From: Enterobacteria phage vB_EcoM_IME281
Reading direction: 5' to 3' (one strand)
Length of the DNA: 64,000 nt
Sequence record: MH051913
Position 1 is the first letter of the stretch. The number at the start of each line of letters is the position of its first letter. Below, piece by piece: positions 9,781 through 19,199 of this stretch. The translations under genes were made by a program, and so were the position numbers. The notes beneath the pieces are model-generated. The model did no database searches, had not been told where the DNA came from, and was given only the letters and a program-made list of their open reading frames with translations.

Positions 9781-10323
9781 ATGAGTTTATATGACGACCT
9801 GATATCAAATATTGATTGGTTTAAGCATAGTGGTCTTTCACATGAAACTAATTCAGTTCTTTATAGAATTCGCCAAGACTTAGGTTATTCCAATGATTTC
9901 TTAAGTCGAACAAATAGCCGTGGATACACTAGCAAATTACCTTTTATCTTTGCTTTAGCTGAGGACCTTTCTTTTGCAGAAGCTTTAGAAATTATTGACT
10001 TAAATCTGGGTATTCAACGAGTGGAATTCGCTGGATTATGCTATTCAGTATACGCTTTAAATGAACCGAGTGATTGTAAACAGCTTGTTGATGCTGACGA
10101 TGATTACCATTTAGTATGCTATTTGATGTTAGAAAATGGTGACCACTTTGGTATGGTCGACCGCCGCCCGAGTTATTCGGATATTAAAAATTACGATAAA
10201 GATGAGCTTATTATTTTGGCTAATGAGTATACATCAGAGATTCGAAAACAACAACGGAAGCTTAATCGTTTTATTGCTGAATGTCGCGAATACGCTAAAG
10301 AGGTTCAAAATGGAGCGGCCTAG
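9781..10323 (+). CDS. hypothetical protein (180 aa) with C-terminal FIAEC motif
   Basis: ORF track; C-terminal RFIAECREY resembles FIKEC tails of 10310 and 14739 products. Confidence 0.5.
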   Translation: MSLYDDLISNIDWFKHSGLSHETNSVLYRIRQDLGYSNDFLSRTNSRGYTSKLPFIFALAEDLSFAEALEIIDLNLGIQRVEFAGLCYSVYALNEPSDCKQLVDADDDYHLVCYLMLENGDHFGMVDRRPSYSDIKNYDKDELIILANEYTSEIRKQQRKLNRFIAECREYAKEVQNGAA

Positions 10324-10663
10324 TCTTTCATCACATGTTTATCAATTGACTGAATATGATATTGGTGCCAATTTATTATTAGGGATTGTTACAGCCATGC
10401 TTGGTGGCTTAATTGGCCTGGTAATGACCGTGGTTATGGCTGTAATCGAAGGAGTCACACCTATTGAGATGGGGTTCTATATGATAATCGCTCCGGCAGT
10501 TGTGGCCTATTTTATCCCTGTTGTGTATGATATTTGCCATACAAACGCTTTGAATGCTCCAATCCGTAAGAGATATGCTTTAGAGATGGCTAATTATAAT
10601 GAGTATGTAAATCAAACTAAACGTAATGACCTTGAAATCTTTATTAAGGAATGTAAATCATGA
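10310..10663 (+). CDS. membrane protein (117 aa) with C-terminal FIKECKS
   Basis: M59 of track ORF 10136, AGAGG RBS; two hydrophobic helices; ATGA coupling to next gene. Confidence 0.5.
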   Translation: MERPSLSSHVYQLTEYDIGANLLLGIVTAMLGGLIGLVMTVVMAVIEGVTPIEMGFYMIIAPAVVAYFIPVVYDICHTNALNAPIRKRYALEMANYNEYVNQTKRNDLEIFIKECKS

Positions 10664-10950
10664 ATAAAATTGAAATTGAAATCCCAGAACACAACGACGA
10701 GAAATCTGCAGAAAAGGCTATCTATGCTCTTCTGAATAAAGTGAATACCATCGAACATGAATGTGAAGCTATTGCCGATAAGTATGGTATCCAATTCGGT
10801 ACCGGTGATTATGGTTCAGGCCGTACATATTATCCTGTCGGTTATGAATGCTCCCAGTGGTTTAAAGATGAAATTGAAAACAACGGCGGTGAAGTTGAAA
10901 ATGGTGTCGTTACAGTTGGTGCTTGGGTCTCCTCTTCGGCAATGTGCTAA
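10660..10950 (+). CDS. small protein, WVSSS-C tandem paralog 1 (96 aa)
   Basis: Ends GAWVSSSAMC; first of five tandem paralogs. Confidence 0.55.
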   Translation: MNKIEIEIPEHNDEKSAEKAIYALLNKVNTIEHECEAIADKYGIQFGTGDYGSGRTYYPVGYECSQWFKDEIENNGGEVENGVVTVGAWVSSSAMC

Positions 10951-10959
10951 GGAAACGCT

Positions 10960-11241
10960 ATGATGAATGATTACCGTAAAAATAAAGAGCTGGCTGAAGC
11001 AGTAAATGATATTCATAAAGCTATTCGTCGTGCTGAGGAAATTGCAGACAAATATGAGACTCATTTTAATATATACCCTGCTCGCGGTATGGGCGGTGAC
11101 TATTATTCTCCTGGCGCCCTGAAAGCCGACCTTGCTCACTGGGAAGAATACGGTGAAGCTCAGTACGCTATTGTAAACCAACATGATTACACTACCAGCC
11201 TAGAAAATGGTGGATGGGTATCCTCTTCTTCTGAATGTTAA
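10960..11241 (+). CDS. small protein, WVSSS-C tandem paralog 2 (93 aa)
   Basis: Ends GGWVSSSSEC; shares ADKY motif with paralog 1. Confidence 0.55.
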   Translation: MMNDYRKNKELAEAVNDIHKAIRRAEEIADKYETHFNIYPARGMGGDYYSPGALKADLAHWEEYGEAQYAIVNQHDYTTSLENGGWVSSSSEC

Positions 11242-11250
11242 GGAATTATT

Positions 11251-11448
11251 ATGTCTCGTGAACTAGATTGTGCAATCCGTACTGCCGCGGCGGCTATTGA
11301 AAACGTTATCCAGATTTGCAAAGAAGAACGTGAAGAAGCTGATATCTATATCGATGGTCAACGTGACCTGGAACGTCATATCACGCTTTATAACGGTTGT
11401 ATTACTATTAGTGGTACCTCTTGGGTGTCCTCCTCTTACGAATGCTAA
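11251..11448 (+). CDS. small protein, WVSSS-C tandem paralog 3 (65 aa)
   Basis: Ends TSWVSSSYEC; TAAGGA stop/RBS junction. Confidence 0.55.
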   Translation: MSRELDCAIRTAAAAIENVIQICKEEREEADIYIDGQRDLERHITLYNGCITISGTSWVSSSYEC

Positions 11449-11457
11449 GGAAATAAA

Positions 11458-11667
11458 ATGACTATTGATGAAATTGAAAAACAAATCCGTGAATTAGTAC
11501 GTAAAGGTCAGTCCGTGGCTGACGAAACAGGTCAGCACTTCCACGCCGGCGGCGAAGAATATATTCCAGCTTCTAGTCCGGAATATGGCGATTACGAATG
11601 GGCCCGTGATGATTACGGTATTCCTGAAGGTGAAGGTTTCTGGTTTAGCTCCTCTATGTCTTGCTAA
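11458..11667 (+). CDS. small protein, WVSSS-C tandem paralog 4 (69 aa)
   Basis: Ends GFWFSSSMSC. Confidence 0.55.
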   Translation: MTIDEIEKQIRELVRKGQSVADETGQHFHAGGEEYIPASSPEYGDYEWARDDYGIPEGEGFWFSSSMSC

Positions 11668-11677
11668 GGTGATAAAA

Positions 11678-11902
11678 ATGACTGATATTAATGAATTAGA
11701 AAAAGCGGCACTTGAACTGGCTGCACTGTATAAGAAAGTAAAAGATATGGCTTCTGCTCAGGATTTTGGTGTTGAGCTCGACGATTATGACGGTGAAGTT
11801 CGTCTCGAAGATTGGCTGAATAGTTCTTGTTATGGTGAAGAAGCTGGTCGTACCTTCGTTGCTCGTGCCGATGGTAAAATCTGGTACCCAAGCTCATGCT
11901 AA
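11678..11902 (+). CDS. small protein, WVSSS-C tandem paralog 5 (74 aa)
   Basis: M32 of track ORF 11585; ends KIWYPSSC. Confidence 0.5.
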   Translation: MTDINELEKAALELAALYKKVKDMASAQDFGVELDDYDGEVRLEDWLNSSCYGEEAGRTFVARADGKIWYPSSC

Positions 11903-12123
11903 AATTGAAAAAACGATACATTCGTAAAATAAATGGTCTTCGCGATTATGCCAAAGGTTGGCCACTAAGTATTATTATGGCTGATAGACACCCACGTTAT
12001 AATACTGAGATGACTTATTACAAAAAGTACGATTCATATTGTCGGTCTAAAGCGGGTCGTTTAGATGGTTCTTATGAGGACTATTTTGGTAAAAAACCTA
12101 CTCGTGTTTCGTTAGGAAAATAA
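11896..12123 (+). CDS. hypothetical basic protein (75 aa)
   Basis: ORF track; start unclear. Confidence 0.3.
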   Translation: MLKLKKRYIRKINGLRDYAKGWPLSIIMADRHPRYNTEMTYYKKYDSYCRSKAGRLDGSYEDYFGKKPTRVSLGK

Positions 12124-12153
12124 TTTAACCACATGGATGTGATAGGAGGACTT

Positions 12154-12483
12154 ATGCATAAAGATTCAGTATTCAAATATCTTTTGAAAACAGATAAAGA
12201 ATTCTATATGAATGGGCAAGCTTTCTTGTTCGTTCGTGGTAAACGTGAGATGTTTTACAAATGCGACCTCTCAATGCACCATCATATGTATCACACCCAT
12301 GGCGAGCCTATACTGGGGTTCTCTGGTGACGAAACTAGACGTATAGCTATGTACTACGACCATTTTAAGCTCAATGATTGTGGTGACAACGCTTTGGTCT
12401 GGAATCCATCTTGGCGTCGTTGGGATACGGTAGACAACGATAAATTATTTTTAGAATATTGCAGAAGTGATGTACAGCTCTAA
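12154..12483 (+). CDS. hypothetical protein (109 aa)
   Basis: ATG after AGGAGGA RBS. Confidence 0.5.
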   Translation: MHKDSVFKYLLKTDKEFYMNGQAFLFVRGKREMFYKCDLSMHHHMYHTHGEPILGFSGDETRRIAMYYDHFKLNDCGDNALVWNPSWRRWDTVDNDKLFLEYCRSDVQL

Positions 12484-12526
12484 AAATACGTGTTACTATT
12501 ACCCTACACAAACATGAGGAGAACAT

Positions 12527-12766
12527 ATGTGGTATTACGCTCCGATGTCCGATAAGTCTAATGAACCGGTACGCATTACTCGTGCCAAGTTTAAAAAGAT
12601 TTATGGCTTTGCTTATAAGAAGTCTGATTACGGTGTTCGTTTTGAAGATGCTCACTGTATCAATGATCCTTATGCAGAAGAAATCTCTAATGAGATAATT
12701 CCTATCGTTGAGAGTAATTCCAATGATATGTGGGAATTACATAATACTTACGTTGCCGAAATTTAA
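12527..12766 (+). CDS. hypothetical protein (79 aa)
   Basis: GAGGAG RBS. Confidence 0.5.
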   Translation: MWYYAPMSDKSNEPVRITRAKFKKIYGFAYKKSDYGVRFEDAHCINDPYAEEISNEIIPIVESNSNDMWELHNTYVAEI

Positions 12767-12785
12767 GTTTACTGAGGAAAATATT

Positions 12786-13745
12786 ATGATGCTAGTTATT
12801 GGTTCTCGTGCACTGCACCACGCAGGTCTGATTGAAAATAAGTATATCGAAAATTCTGATTGGGATTTCATTGCCGACCAAGGCTCATGGAACCACTTTA
12901 AAGCTCGGATGTTCGGCGCCCATGTACACGTTGACAATCCTGATGTTCAGGCTTTCAAATGTATGCATAATGGTAAAGAAACCTATTTCGAAGCTTATAT
13001 CGTCCGTGCCCTGACTAATGTACGAGAAATTACCGGTGAGCTCCAAGATGAAGACTACACCTCAAGCTATCGTCTCCTGAAATATGCTGAAAATCATATT
13101 AAAAAGGACCGTCTTACAGGTTTCTATTGGGCGACGCCTGATATCTGTCTGGCTATCAAAACCTCTCATCGTTTCCTGAAGAATAATCCGTTCTTCTTGA
13201 AAACTATGTCCCACATCAAATACCTTCGTAATAAAGGTATCACCCTGAATGAAGAACTCCGGGAAATTATGCTGCAACGTCAAAAAGAAACGTTGAGCTA
13301 TTCCCATCCTAAATTGGATGTAAACAAATCATCGTTCTTTAATGATACCATTTATACGCTAGACCATGACTCCATCCATGAAGCAGTAGCATTGGCAGGG
13401 CGTCCTGCATATACCTTTTATATGAAGGAAGGTTCTGAAGTCATGACCTCTCGTGAGAAGTTCGAGGCTTTGCCTGAAGCTATTAAATTGGCTGGTGTGT
13501 ATGAAGAAACTTGTGTCCTGGCACTAGAACGTTCACAGGTTCCTAATGACTTCAATATTTCACCATCATTAAGTTTCTATATGGCTCTTGAGAAAGTGTG
13601 TACCTCAATCACTTCAGGTTGGTTCCGTGAGTACGCCTGGGAAAACTACCAAGCTGTGGTTAATATGTACAAGACTTTAGGTGAAAACGACTACATCAAA
13701 CGATTCCAAGACAACCATCATTTAATTCGTCCTTTCGAAAAATAA
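12786..13745 (+). CDS. hypothetical protein (319 aa), possible nucleotidyltransferase-like N-terminus
   Basis: GAGGAAAA RBS; N-terminal IGSRAL..DWDF loosely resembles GS..DxD NTase motif with long spacer; weak. Confidence 0.45.
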   Translation: MMLVIGSRALHHAGLIENKYIENSDWDFIADQGSWNHFKARMFGAHVHVDNPDVQAFKCMHNGKETYFEAYIVRALTNVREITGELQDEDYTSSYRLLKYAENHIKKDRLTGFYWATPDICLAIKTSHRFLKNNPFFLKTMSHIKYLRNKGITLNEELREIMLQRQKETLSYSHPKLDVNKSSFFNDTIYTLDHDSIHEAVALAGRPAYTFYMKEGSEVMTSREKFEALPEAIKLAGVYEETCVLALERSQVPNDFNISPSLSFYMALEKVCTSITSGWFREYAWENYQAVVNMYKTLGENDYIKRFQDNHHLIRPFEK

Positions 13746-13757
13746 TTGCACAAAACA

Positions 13758-13786
13758 GTGTACAAGGTCTATAGGTGTGATACTAT
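13758..13786 (+). promoter_or_regulatory. early promoter/stem-loop cassette
   Basis: GTGTAC, 17 nt, TACTAT; GGTCTATAG/CTATAGACC inverted repeat; near copy of 4125-4153. Confidence 0.55.
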
Positions 13787-13823
13787 AGACCTATCAAAAC
13801 AACAGAGTGAAATGGAGAATAAA

Positions 13824-14039
13824 ATGAAACTTTCTAACCAAGCAATCAACATGTTAAACGAAGTTCGTGCAGCTGGTGCTAAATGCCTGATGGTTAACAC
13901 TCGTGACGGTGACCTTCGTCAAGCATTTGGTGAATTGAAATCTGCTGACCTGGTTAAATGTTCAGTTGGTATTGGTAACGCACTTCGTGTATCCTTATCC
14001 CCTAAAGGTAAAATGTACTTTTCAACAAAAAGTAAGTGA
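13824..14039 (+). CDS. hypothetical protein (71 aa)
   Basis: ATG after GGAG in cassette leader (TGGAGAATAAAATG). Confidence 0.5.
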   Translation: MKLSNQAINMLNEVRAAGAKCLMVNTRDGDLRQAFGELKSADLVKCSVGIGNALRVSLSPKGKMYFSTKSK

Positions 14040-14049
14040 GGAAAATATT

Positions 14050-14739
14050 ATGAACGGCCCGAAAACTTTTAATTCTCAAGCTCGTGCAGTCGGTGGTTTT
14101 GCTCAAGATATCAGTAATGATATGATTAAAAATGAGCCTATGTTCTTTAATTGTGATGCTTATTTTGCTCATAAACACGGCGGTCCTATTACTCGTAGCT
14201 TTATTGAAAACCTGCCTGAAGATTGGCAATGTGGCCCTGATATTGTATTTGATTCCCGTGTACACATGTTAATGCCTGGCTGGTACCCTGCAATTCCAGG
14301 CTTCCACCATGATGATGTACCACGCCCGGATATTCCGGTCGGTCAACACTTTATTACCGCAGGGCAACCTGATTATGATAATCCTCGTTACCATTCTGAA
14401 CATATTCTTGGTCTTGTTAACGCTGATGTGTGTCCTACCCATTTTGCAACCGGAACTGCACAGTTCAGTCGGATTCCTGAAGGCGAACTTATCTATCGCC
14501 AGTGGCATAAAGAAGTTCTGGAAAAAATTGAGTCCAATGAATTAACCAAGTGGGATGCTCCTGACCGCACGTTACTCCAGTTTGATTGGCAGACATGGCA
14601 TACAGGTTCTCGTGCAGTAAGTAATGGGTGGCGCTGGTTTGGTCGTGTGTCTCGTAATACAGACCGTGTTAAAAAGATTACAAATGAAATCCGCGTTAAT
14701 GCTCAAGTATATCTGGAATTCCCTATGGAGGGCTGGTAA
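14050..14739 (+). CDS. hypothetical protein (229 aa), His-rich motifs
   Basis: GAGGAAAA RBS; FHHDD and HSEH motifs could indicate a metal-binding fold; weak. Confidence 0.45.
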   Translation: MNGPKTFNSQARAVGGFAQDISNDMIKNEPMFFNCDAYFAHKHGGPITRSFIENLPEDWQCGPDIVFDSRVHMLMPGWYPAIPGFHHDDVPRPDIPVGQHFITAGQPDYDNPRYHSEHILGLVNADVCPTHFATGTAQFSRIPEGELIYRQWHKEVLEKIESNELTKWDAPDRTLLQFDWQTWHTGSRAVSNGWRWFGRVSRNTDRVKKITNEIRVNAQVYLEFPMEGW

Positions 14740-15326
14740 TGGCCCTTTATGAACCTGGTTGTATGGGTATTGATACAAACTTCATCCGTCGGTCGGAAAA
14801 TGCTGGAATTATTATCCCAAGTGGTGAGACTATGATTATTAAAAAGTCCTGGCGAAATATAGATGACGGTGATGAAGGAATTTCAGCCAGTACAATAGAT
14901 TGGTCAGGTTGTACTGCCGAAATGAAACAGCTTTTAATTGAGGAATATAAAATGGGCTATATCGTAAACGGCTGGCAAGCGGAACCACATAAAGAACAGA
15001 CTCCAGACCCATTGATTTGTTATAGCAAAAAATACGGCTTCCGTGCATGGAGTGATGAATACGACAAATTGGTGAGTTCTAGATTCTATGTTTGGATGGG
15101 TATATTATTTTTCCCACTCCTAGGGTTTTTCCTGACAACAGATAATGACCTGCCTATTTGTGTATTCGCTTCAGCGATGTCTGCTGCTATCTTAGGTCTT
15201 ATCGCATCATTTTTATGGACATCGGTTATCGAAGTACCTTTTCGTATTTCTAAAGTTAAAAAGGTATATGATGATATCACTAAGAAAAATACATTAAACT
15301 CTTTTATTAAGGAATGTCGTAAATGA
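14739..15326 (+). CDS. hypothetical protein with C-terminal membrane segments and FIKECRK tail (195 aa)
   Basis: ORF track; C-terminal module shared with 10310 product. Confidence 0.5.
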   Translation: MALYEPGCMGIDTNFIRRSENAGIIIPSGETMIIKKSWRNIDDGDEGISASTIDWSGCTAEMKQLLIEEYKMGYIVNGWQAEPHKEQTPDPLICYSKKYGFRAWSDEYDKLVSSRFYVWMGILFFPLLGFFLTTDNDLPICVFASAMSAAILGLIASFLWTSVIEVPFRISKVKKVYDDITKKNTLNSFIKECRK

Positions 15327-15559
15327 GCATTGCAATTTATATTAAATCTGAGTCATGTGATTCATATCTATATTCCTATGATACCGGAACATCAGAAGAG
15401 AAAATTAAAGAAGACTTAGAAAGCGATATGGATATGTTCTGTCCTATTGGTGACTATATGCTTCAAGTGTCTGATAGTGAAAGTCCATCATCAGAAAATA
15501 GACTTCAAATTATTATGCAAGATATTTTTAAACAATCATGGGAACGAGACGATGGGTAA
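15323..15559 (+). CDS. hypothetical acidic protein (78 aa)
   Basis: ATGA overlap with upstream gene. Confidence 0.45.
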   Translation: MSIAIYIKSESCDSYLYSYDTGTSEEKIKEDLESDMDMFCPIGDYMLQVSDSESPSSENRLQIIMQDIFKQSWERDDG

Positions 15560-16001
15560 GAAAGCTAAGGAATTATCGGCAGGTATTTTATTCATGACCG
15601 TTGATAAAGAACTGGTCATGGGCCGTGTAACAGGCTCTCGTAATCCAGAGAACATGCGTCATAAATGGGACATTCCTAAAGGTCATGTCGAACCAGGCGA
15701 AGAGCCTATTCAAGCGGCAATGCGTGAAACCGAAGAAGAGATTGGATTCACAGCATACGATCCTGCATTCCTGAAAGACCTAGGTGAGTTCAAATATTCA
15801 AGCAATAAGAATCTACATCTGTTCTTATATACAGTGCCTGTGGAACACGAGCAGTTCAAGGATTGCAAATGTACGGCTTACCATACGTTCCCTGATGGTC
15901 GTACTATTCCTGAATTCGATGCGTTCGCCTTGATTAAACGTCCGCAATGGGAATATGTCATGGGTAAGTCGATGTTTAAGGTTTTAGATTCGCTCTTTTG
16001 A
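15552..16001 (+). CDS. nudE: Nudix hydrolase
   Basis: Nudix box GHVEPGEEPIQAAMRETEEEIG; position immediately upstream of lysozyme as T4 nudE; M36 of track ORF. Confidence 0.8.
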   Translation: MGKKAKELSAGILFMTVDKELVMGRVTGSRNPENMRHKWDIPKGHVEPGEEPIQAAMRETEEEIGFTAYDPAFLKDLGEFKYSSNKNLHLFLYTVPVEHEQFKDCKCTAYHTFPDGRTIPEFDAFALIKRPQWEYVMGKSMFKVLDSLF

Positions 16002-16009
16002 TATAAATA
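16002..16009 (+). promoter_or_regulatory. late promoter TATAAATA for gene e
   Basis: Exact consensus 23 nt upstream of ATG 16032, followed by ACCTCCT/AGGAGGT inverted repeat that covers the SD. Confidence 0.6.
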
Positions 16010-16031
16010 CCTCCTATACTCAGGAGGTATT

Positions 16032-16526
16032 ATGGATATTTTTGATATGTTACGTCAAGACGAAGGTCTTGATTTAAATCTTTATAAAGACACTGAAGGT
16101 TATTGGACTATTGGTATTGGCCAGTTAGTTACCAAGAACCCATCTAAAGATGTTGCTCGTGCTGAACTTGATAAGCTTATGGGCCGAGTTTGTAATGGTC
16201 GTATTACTATGGCTGAAGCCGAACAACTCTTTAACCGATCGGTTGAAAATGCTCGTAGAGCTATTCTGCGTAATCCTAAATTGAAACCTGTTTACGATGT
16301 ATTGGACGAAGTTCGTCGTTGTGCTTTAATTAACATGGTCTTCCAAATGGGTGAAGCAGGTGTAGCAGGGTTCACTAACTCTTTACGTATGCTCCAACAG
16401 AAACGTTGGAACGATGCGGCAGTTAACCTGGCTCAATCCCGTTGGTATAAACAAACCCCTAATCGTGCTAAGCGCGTGATTTCAACATTTAAAACAGGTA
16501 CTTGGAAAGCATATGAAAACTTATAA
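16032..16526 (+). CDS. e: endolysin (T4 lysozyme e)
   Basis: 164 aa; [56 protein letters not shown] near-collinear with T4 lysozyme. Confidence 0.95.
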   Translation: MDIFDMLRQDEGLDLNLYKDTEGYWTIGIGQLVTKNPSKDVARAELDKLMGRVCNGRITMAEAEQLFNRSVENARRAILRNPKLKPVYDVLDEVRRCALINMVFQMGEAGVAGFTNSLRMLQQKRWNDAAVNLAQSRWYKQTPNRAKRVISTFKTGTWKAYENL

Positions 16527-16911
16527 TGAATTTATCGCAGAGAATGTAGTTCCTGCATCTAAAGAACTTCTGGCGATGTTTGAATCAGAAGAATTCACCG
16601 AAGAACTGAACGAGAACCTGACCCAGGCCACTCCTCAGGTTATTCGCGTTCGTAATGCCCTTCAGACTGGCATGCAGGCTCGTGTATCTAAGACTATGAA
16701 GCTGGCATTCACTACTTCTAAGAACGAAGACTATGGCGATGGTATCGCTATGAACACCGGACAGTATTATGTTGAGTGGAATGGCGAAACCGGTACTGCT
16801 AAGATTCGTCAGACACGTGCCGCTGGTGGCAAAATGCTGGACGTTAAATTGAACGTTAAAGAGAAAGACGTCGCAGCTTTGTTTAAGAATTGGATGAAAA
16901 CTTACAAATAA
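16513..16911 (+). CDS. internal-protein-like, CTS family (132 aa)
   Basis: [10 protein letters not shown]|N N-terminus; at the T4 ipIII/ipII locus beside e and denV. Confidence 0.6.
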   Translation: MKTYNEFIAENVVPASKELLAMFESEEFTEELNENLTQATPQVIRVRNALQTGMQARVSKTMKLAFTTSKNEDYGDGIAMNTGQYYVEWNGETGTAKIRQTRAAGGKMLDVKLNVKEKDVAALFKNWMKTYK

Positions 16912-16940
16912 GTTTACTTCTCCTGTAGGCATGATACTAT
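16912..16940 (+). promoter_or_regulatory. early promoter/stem-loop cassette upstream of denV
   Basis: GTTTAC, 17 nt, TACTAT; CTCCTGTAG/CTACAGGAG inverted repeat includes the SD. Confidence 0.65.
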
Positions 16941-16969
16941 AGACCTATCAACTACAGGAGATTAAAAAA

Positions 16970-17386
16970 ATGACTCGTATCAACCTTACCTTAGTATCTG
17001 AATTGGCTGACCAACACTTAATGGCTGAATATCGTGAATTACCACGTGTTTTCGGTGCAGTTCGTAAGCATGTTGCTAACGGTAAACGTGTTCGTGATTT
17101 TAAAATCAGTCCTACTTTTATCCTTGGCACAGGCCATGTTACATTCTTTTACGATAAGCTCGAATTTTTACGTAAGCGACAAATTGAGCTTATAGCCGAA
17201 TGTTTAAAACGTGGTTTTAATATCAAGGATACTACGGTCCAGGACATTAGTGATATTCCTCAGGAATTCCGTGGTGATTATGTTCCTCACGAAGCTTCTA
17301 TCGCTATTTCACAAGCCCGTTTAGACGAAAAAATTGCACAGCGCCCTACCTGGTACAAACATTATGGTAAGGCTATTTACGCTTAA
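16970..17386 (+). CDS. denV: endonuclease V (pyrimidine dimer DNA glycosylase)
   Basis: 138 aa; [28 protein letters not shown]... near-identical to recalled T4 DenV. Confidence 0.9.
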   Translation: MTRINLTLVSELADQHLMAEYRELPRVFGAVRKHVANGKRVRDFKISPTFILGTGHVTFFYDKLEFLRKRQIELIAECLKRGFNIKDTTVQDISDIPQEFRGDYVPHEASIAISQARLDEKIAQRPTWYKHYGKAIYA

Positions 17387-17428
17387 TTAAATCCGTGATA
17401 GAATACTTCTATCAACTTAAGGAATAAT

Positions 17429-17728
17429 ATGAAAACTTATCAAGAATTTATTACAGAAGCCAAAGCCCCTAAAGCATTTCAAATTGGAGTCCAAGGCACT
17501 TTAGACCAAGAATATGTTGACGCTATTGTAGCAAGCCTCGGTAAACAAGGTGTACAAGTGGATTTGGTTGATTTTACTAAAGGCAACACTTTTAATATTG
17601 TTACATCTAAAGGCTCTTTAGCTAAAGTTAAAAAGGCCTTTGGTGTAGCCCAAGCATACGAAATCGACCACTCTGAATTAGAAAATAAAGGTCGCCAGAA
17701 TACAATTAAAGGTTCTGGTTCTTTCTAA
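17429..17728 (+). CDS. internal-protein-like, CTS family (99 aa)
   Basis: MKTYQEFITE|A N-terminus. Confidence 0.6.
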   Translation: MKTYQEFITEAKAPKAFQIGVQGTLDQEYVDAIVASLGKQGVQVDLVDFTKGNTFNIVTSKGSLAKVKKAFGVAQAYEIDHSELENKGRQNTIKGSGSF

Positions 17729-17824
17729 TAAAGGCAAGCCGACCCTCTCCTCATGAACGTCGCGTCCTCTGAGTGATGGACCTTTCCCTACCTGTAATAA
17801 GGTCGAGCCCAAGTGCGGTAAAGG

Positions 17825-17853
17825 GTTTACATACGGATACATGGATGAATTAT
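17825..17853 (+). promoter_or_regulatory. possible early promoter
   Basis: GTTTAC with weak -10 (AATTAT). Confidence 0.3.
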
Positions 17854-17887
17854 GTGCCAAGGAACGGCCCCTCTACTGGAAACCACT

Positions 17888-18415
17888 ATGAAATTTTTAA
17901 CTCCCATTTATCTAACCTTAATGCACGCCTTCGCTGAACGCGCCATTGAACGTTTAGACTCGGACCAATATACCTGGTACGAACCCACTTCAAGAATGCA
18001 AGAGTTTGGTACTCTTCGACTTGACGGCGGGCGTCAAACAGGTAAAACAAGTGCCCTTGCCCAGTTCGCAGCTGATTGGGTTTCCAAGGGTAATGATGTG
18101 ATTGTTATGTCAAGTTCTTCGCATCGCTCACGAGAAATCTGTAATATAATAAAAAGGGTTTCTAAGGCCCAACCGCACCTTCAAGTAGAAGGTCCTGGGT
18201 TTGTTGTATATGATACCGTGCGTTCATTTTTAGACGAAGACAACTTCCATAAGTATCGTGGTCTATCAGTTACTCGATTATTGATTATTATCGAAGAGCC
18301 AATGCGCCTTCCATCGATGGATAAGTTCTATGAAGCTTACCAGGTAATGATTAACAAATTTATGTGCCAGGGTTCTAAACCTCTGCCACTGTTCTTTGTG
18401 ATAGGAATGCAATGA
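17888..18415 (+). CDS. P-loop NTPase-like hypothetical protein (175 aa)
   Basis: Walker A-like GGRQTGKTS; hydrophobic stretch LLIIIEE as possible Walker B. Confidence 0.45.
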   Translation: MKFLTPIYLTLMHAFAERAIERLDSDQYTWYEPTSRMQEFGTLRLDGGRQTGKTSALAQFAADWVSKGNDVIVMSSSSHRSREICNIIKRVSKAQPHLQVEGPGFVVYDTVRSFLDEDNFHKYRGLSVTRLLIIIEEPMRLPSMDKFYEAYQVMINKFMCQGSKPLPLFFVIGMQ

Positions 18416-18708
18416 TGACTGATGAAGAGCTTTTTGAGTTCTGCTATTTCTCACGTAAGGTTCGAAGAGAGGACCTTACTGCAAATTTCGAATATGCTTA
18501 TTTCTATCCATTAGAGTATGTATTCATGTCAGGGCCCTTTAAGGGCTCTCGTTTTAGATGTCATGCCCCAAGCATCCGATTAATGAAACAGGTTCCTTAC
18601 TTCACTCTCGAGTTCATCTCTGGGCCGTGTAAGGGTATTATTACTCGCAGTCTCTTGACGTATGACCAAGAGATTCATATGATTTCTGACTGGAAAAAAT
18701 ATGTCTAA
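18412..18708 (+). CDS. hypothetical protein (98 aa)
   Basis: ORF track; ATGA coupling. Confidence 0.45.
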   Translation: MMTDEELFEFCYFSRKVRREDLTANFEYAYFYPLEYVFMSGPFKGSRFRCHAPSIRLMKQVPYFTLEFISGPCKGIITRSLLTYDQEIHMISDWKKYV

Positions 18709-18919
18709 ATTGACTATTGAAGGTTCTGAAGAAGTTCTGAAGATGTTTGTTGACTGGTTCCACGAGCAAGGCGAACAAGGCTTTATGGAATGTTGGGGCG
18801 GCGGCCAATGGAATGGTAAAGAAATTGTTTACCCGACCACGTATATCTCTGTTAGTGGTGGATATGATGGCCTTCGTTTTGTAGAATATGATATTGCATC
18901 TGATGAGGAAGTAAAATGA
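18701..18919 (+). CDS. hypothetical protein (72 aa)
   Basis: ORF track. Confidence 0.45.
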   Translation: MSKLTIEGSEEVLKMFVDWFHEQGEQGFMECWGGGQWNGKEIVYPTTYISVSGGYDGLRFVEYDIASDEEVK

Positions 18920-19194
18920 TTGAAGATATCAAAGGTTACAAGCCGCATACCGACGATAAAATCGGTAAAGTGAATGCCATTAAAGATGCTGAAGTTCGAT
19001 TAGGCTTAATCTTTAAAGCATTAGAAGAAGAATACGTTGAAGCCTTTACATGCTCAGGTGTCGATAAAATGAGTGATGAAGAATTCGACCTCACTCATGA
19101 ACGTCTCGCCCAGATTCGTACGGCAATCGAACGCTTGAAAGAAGCATCCATGTGGGCCTGTCGTTCCGTTTTCCAACCTGAAGAAAAATACTAA
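18916..19194 (+). CDS. hypothetical protein (92 aa)
   Basis: ORF track; ATGA coupling. Confidence 0.45.
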   Translation: MIEDIKGYKPHTDDKIGKVNAIKDAEVRLGLIFKALEEEYVEAFTCSGVDKMSDEEFDLTHERLAQIRTAIERLKEASMWACRSVFQPEEKY

Positions 19195-19199
19195 AAGCA

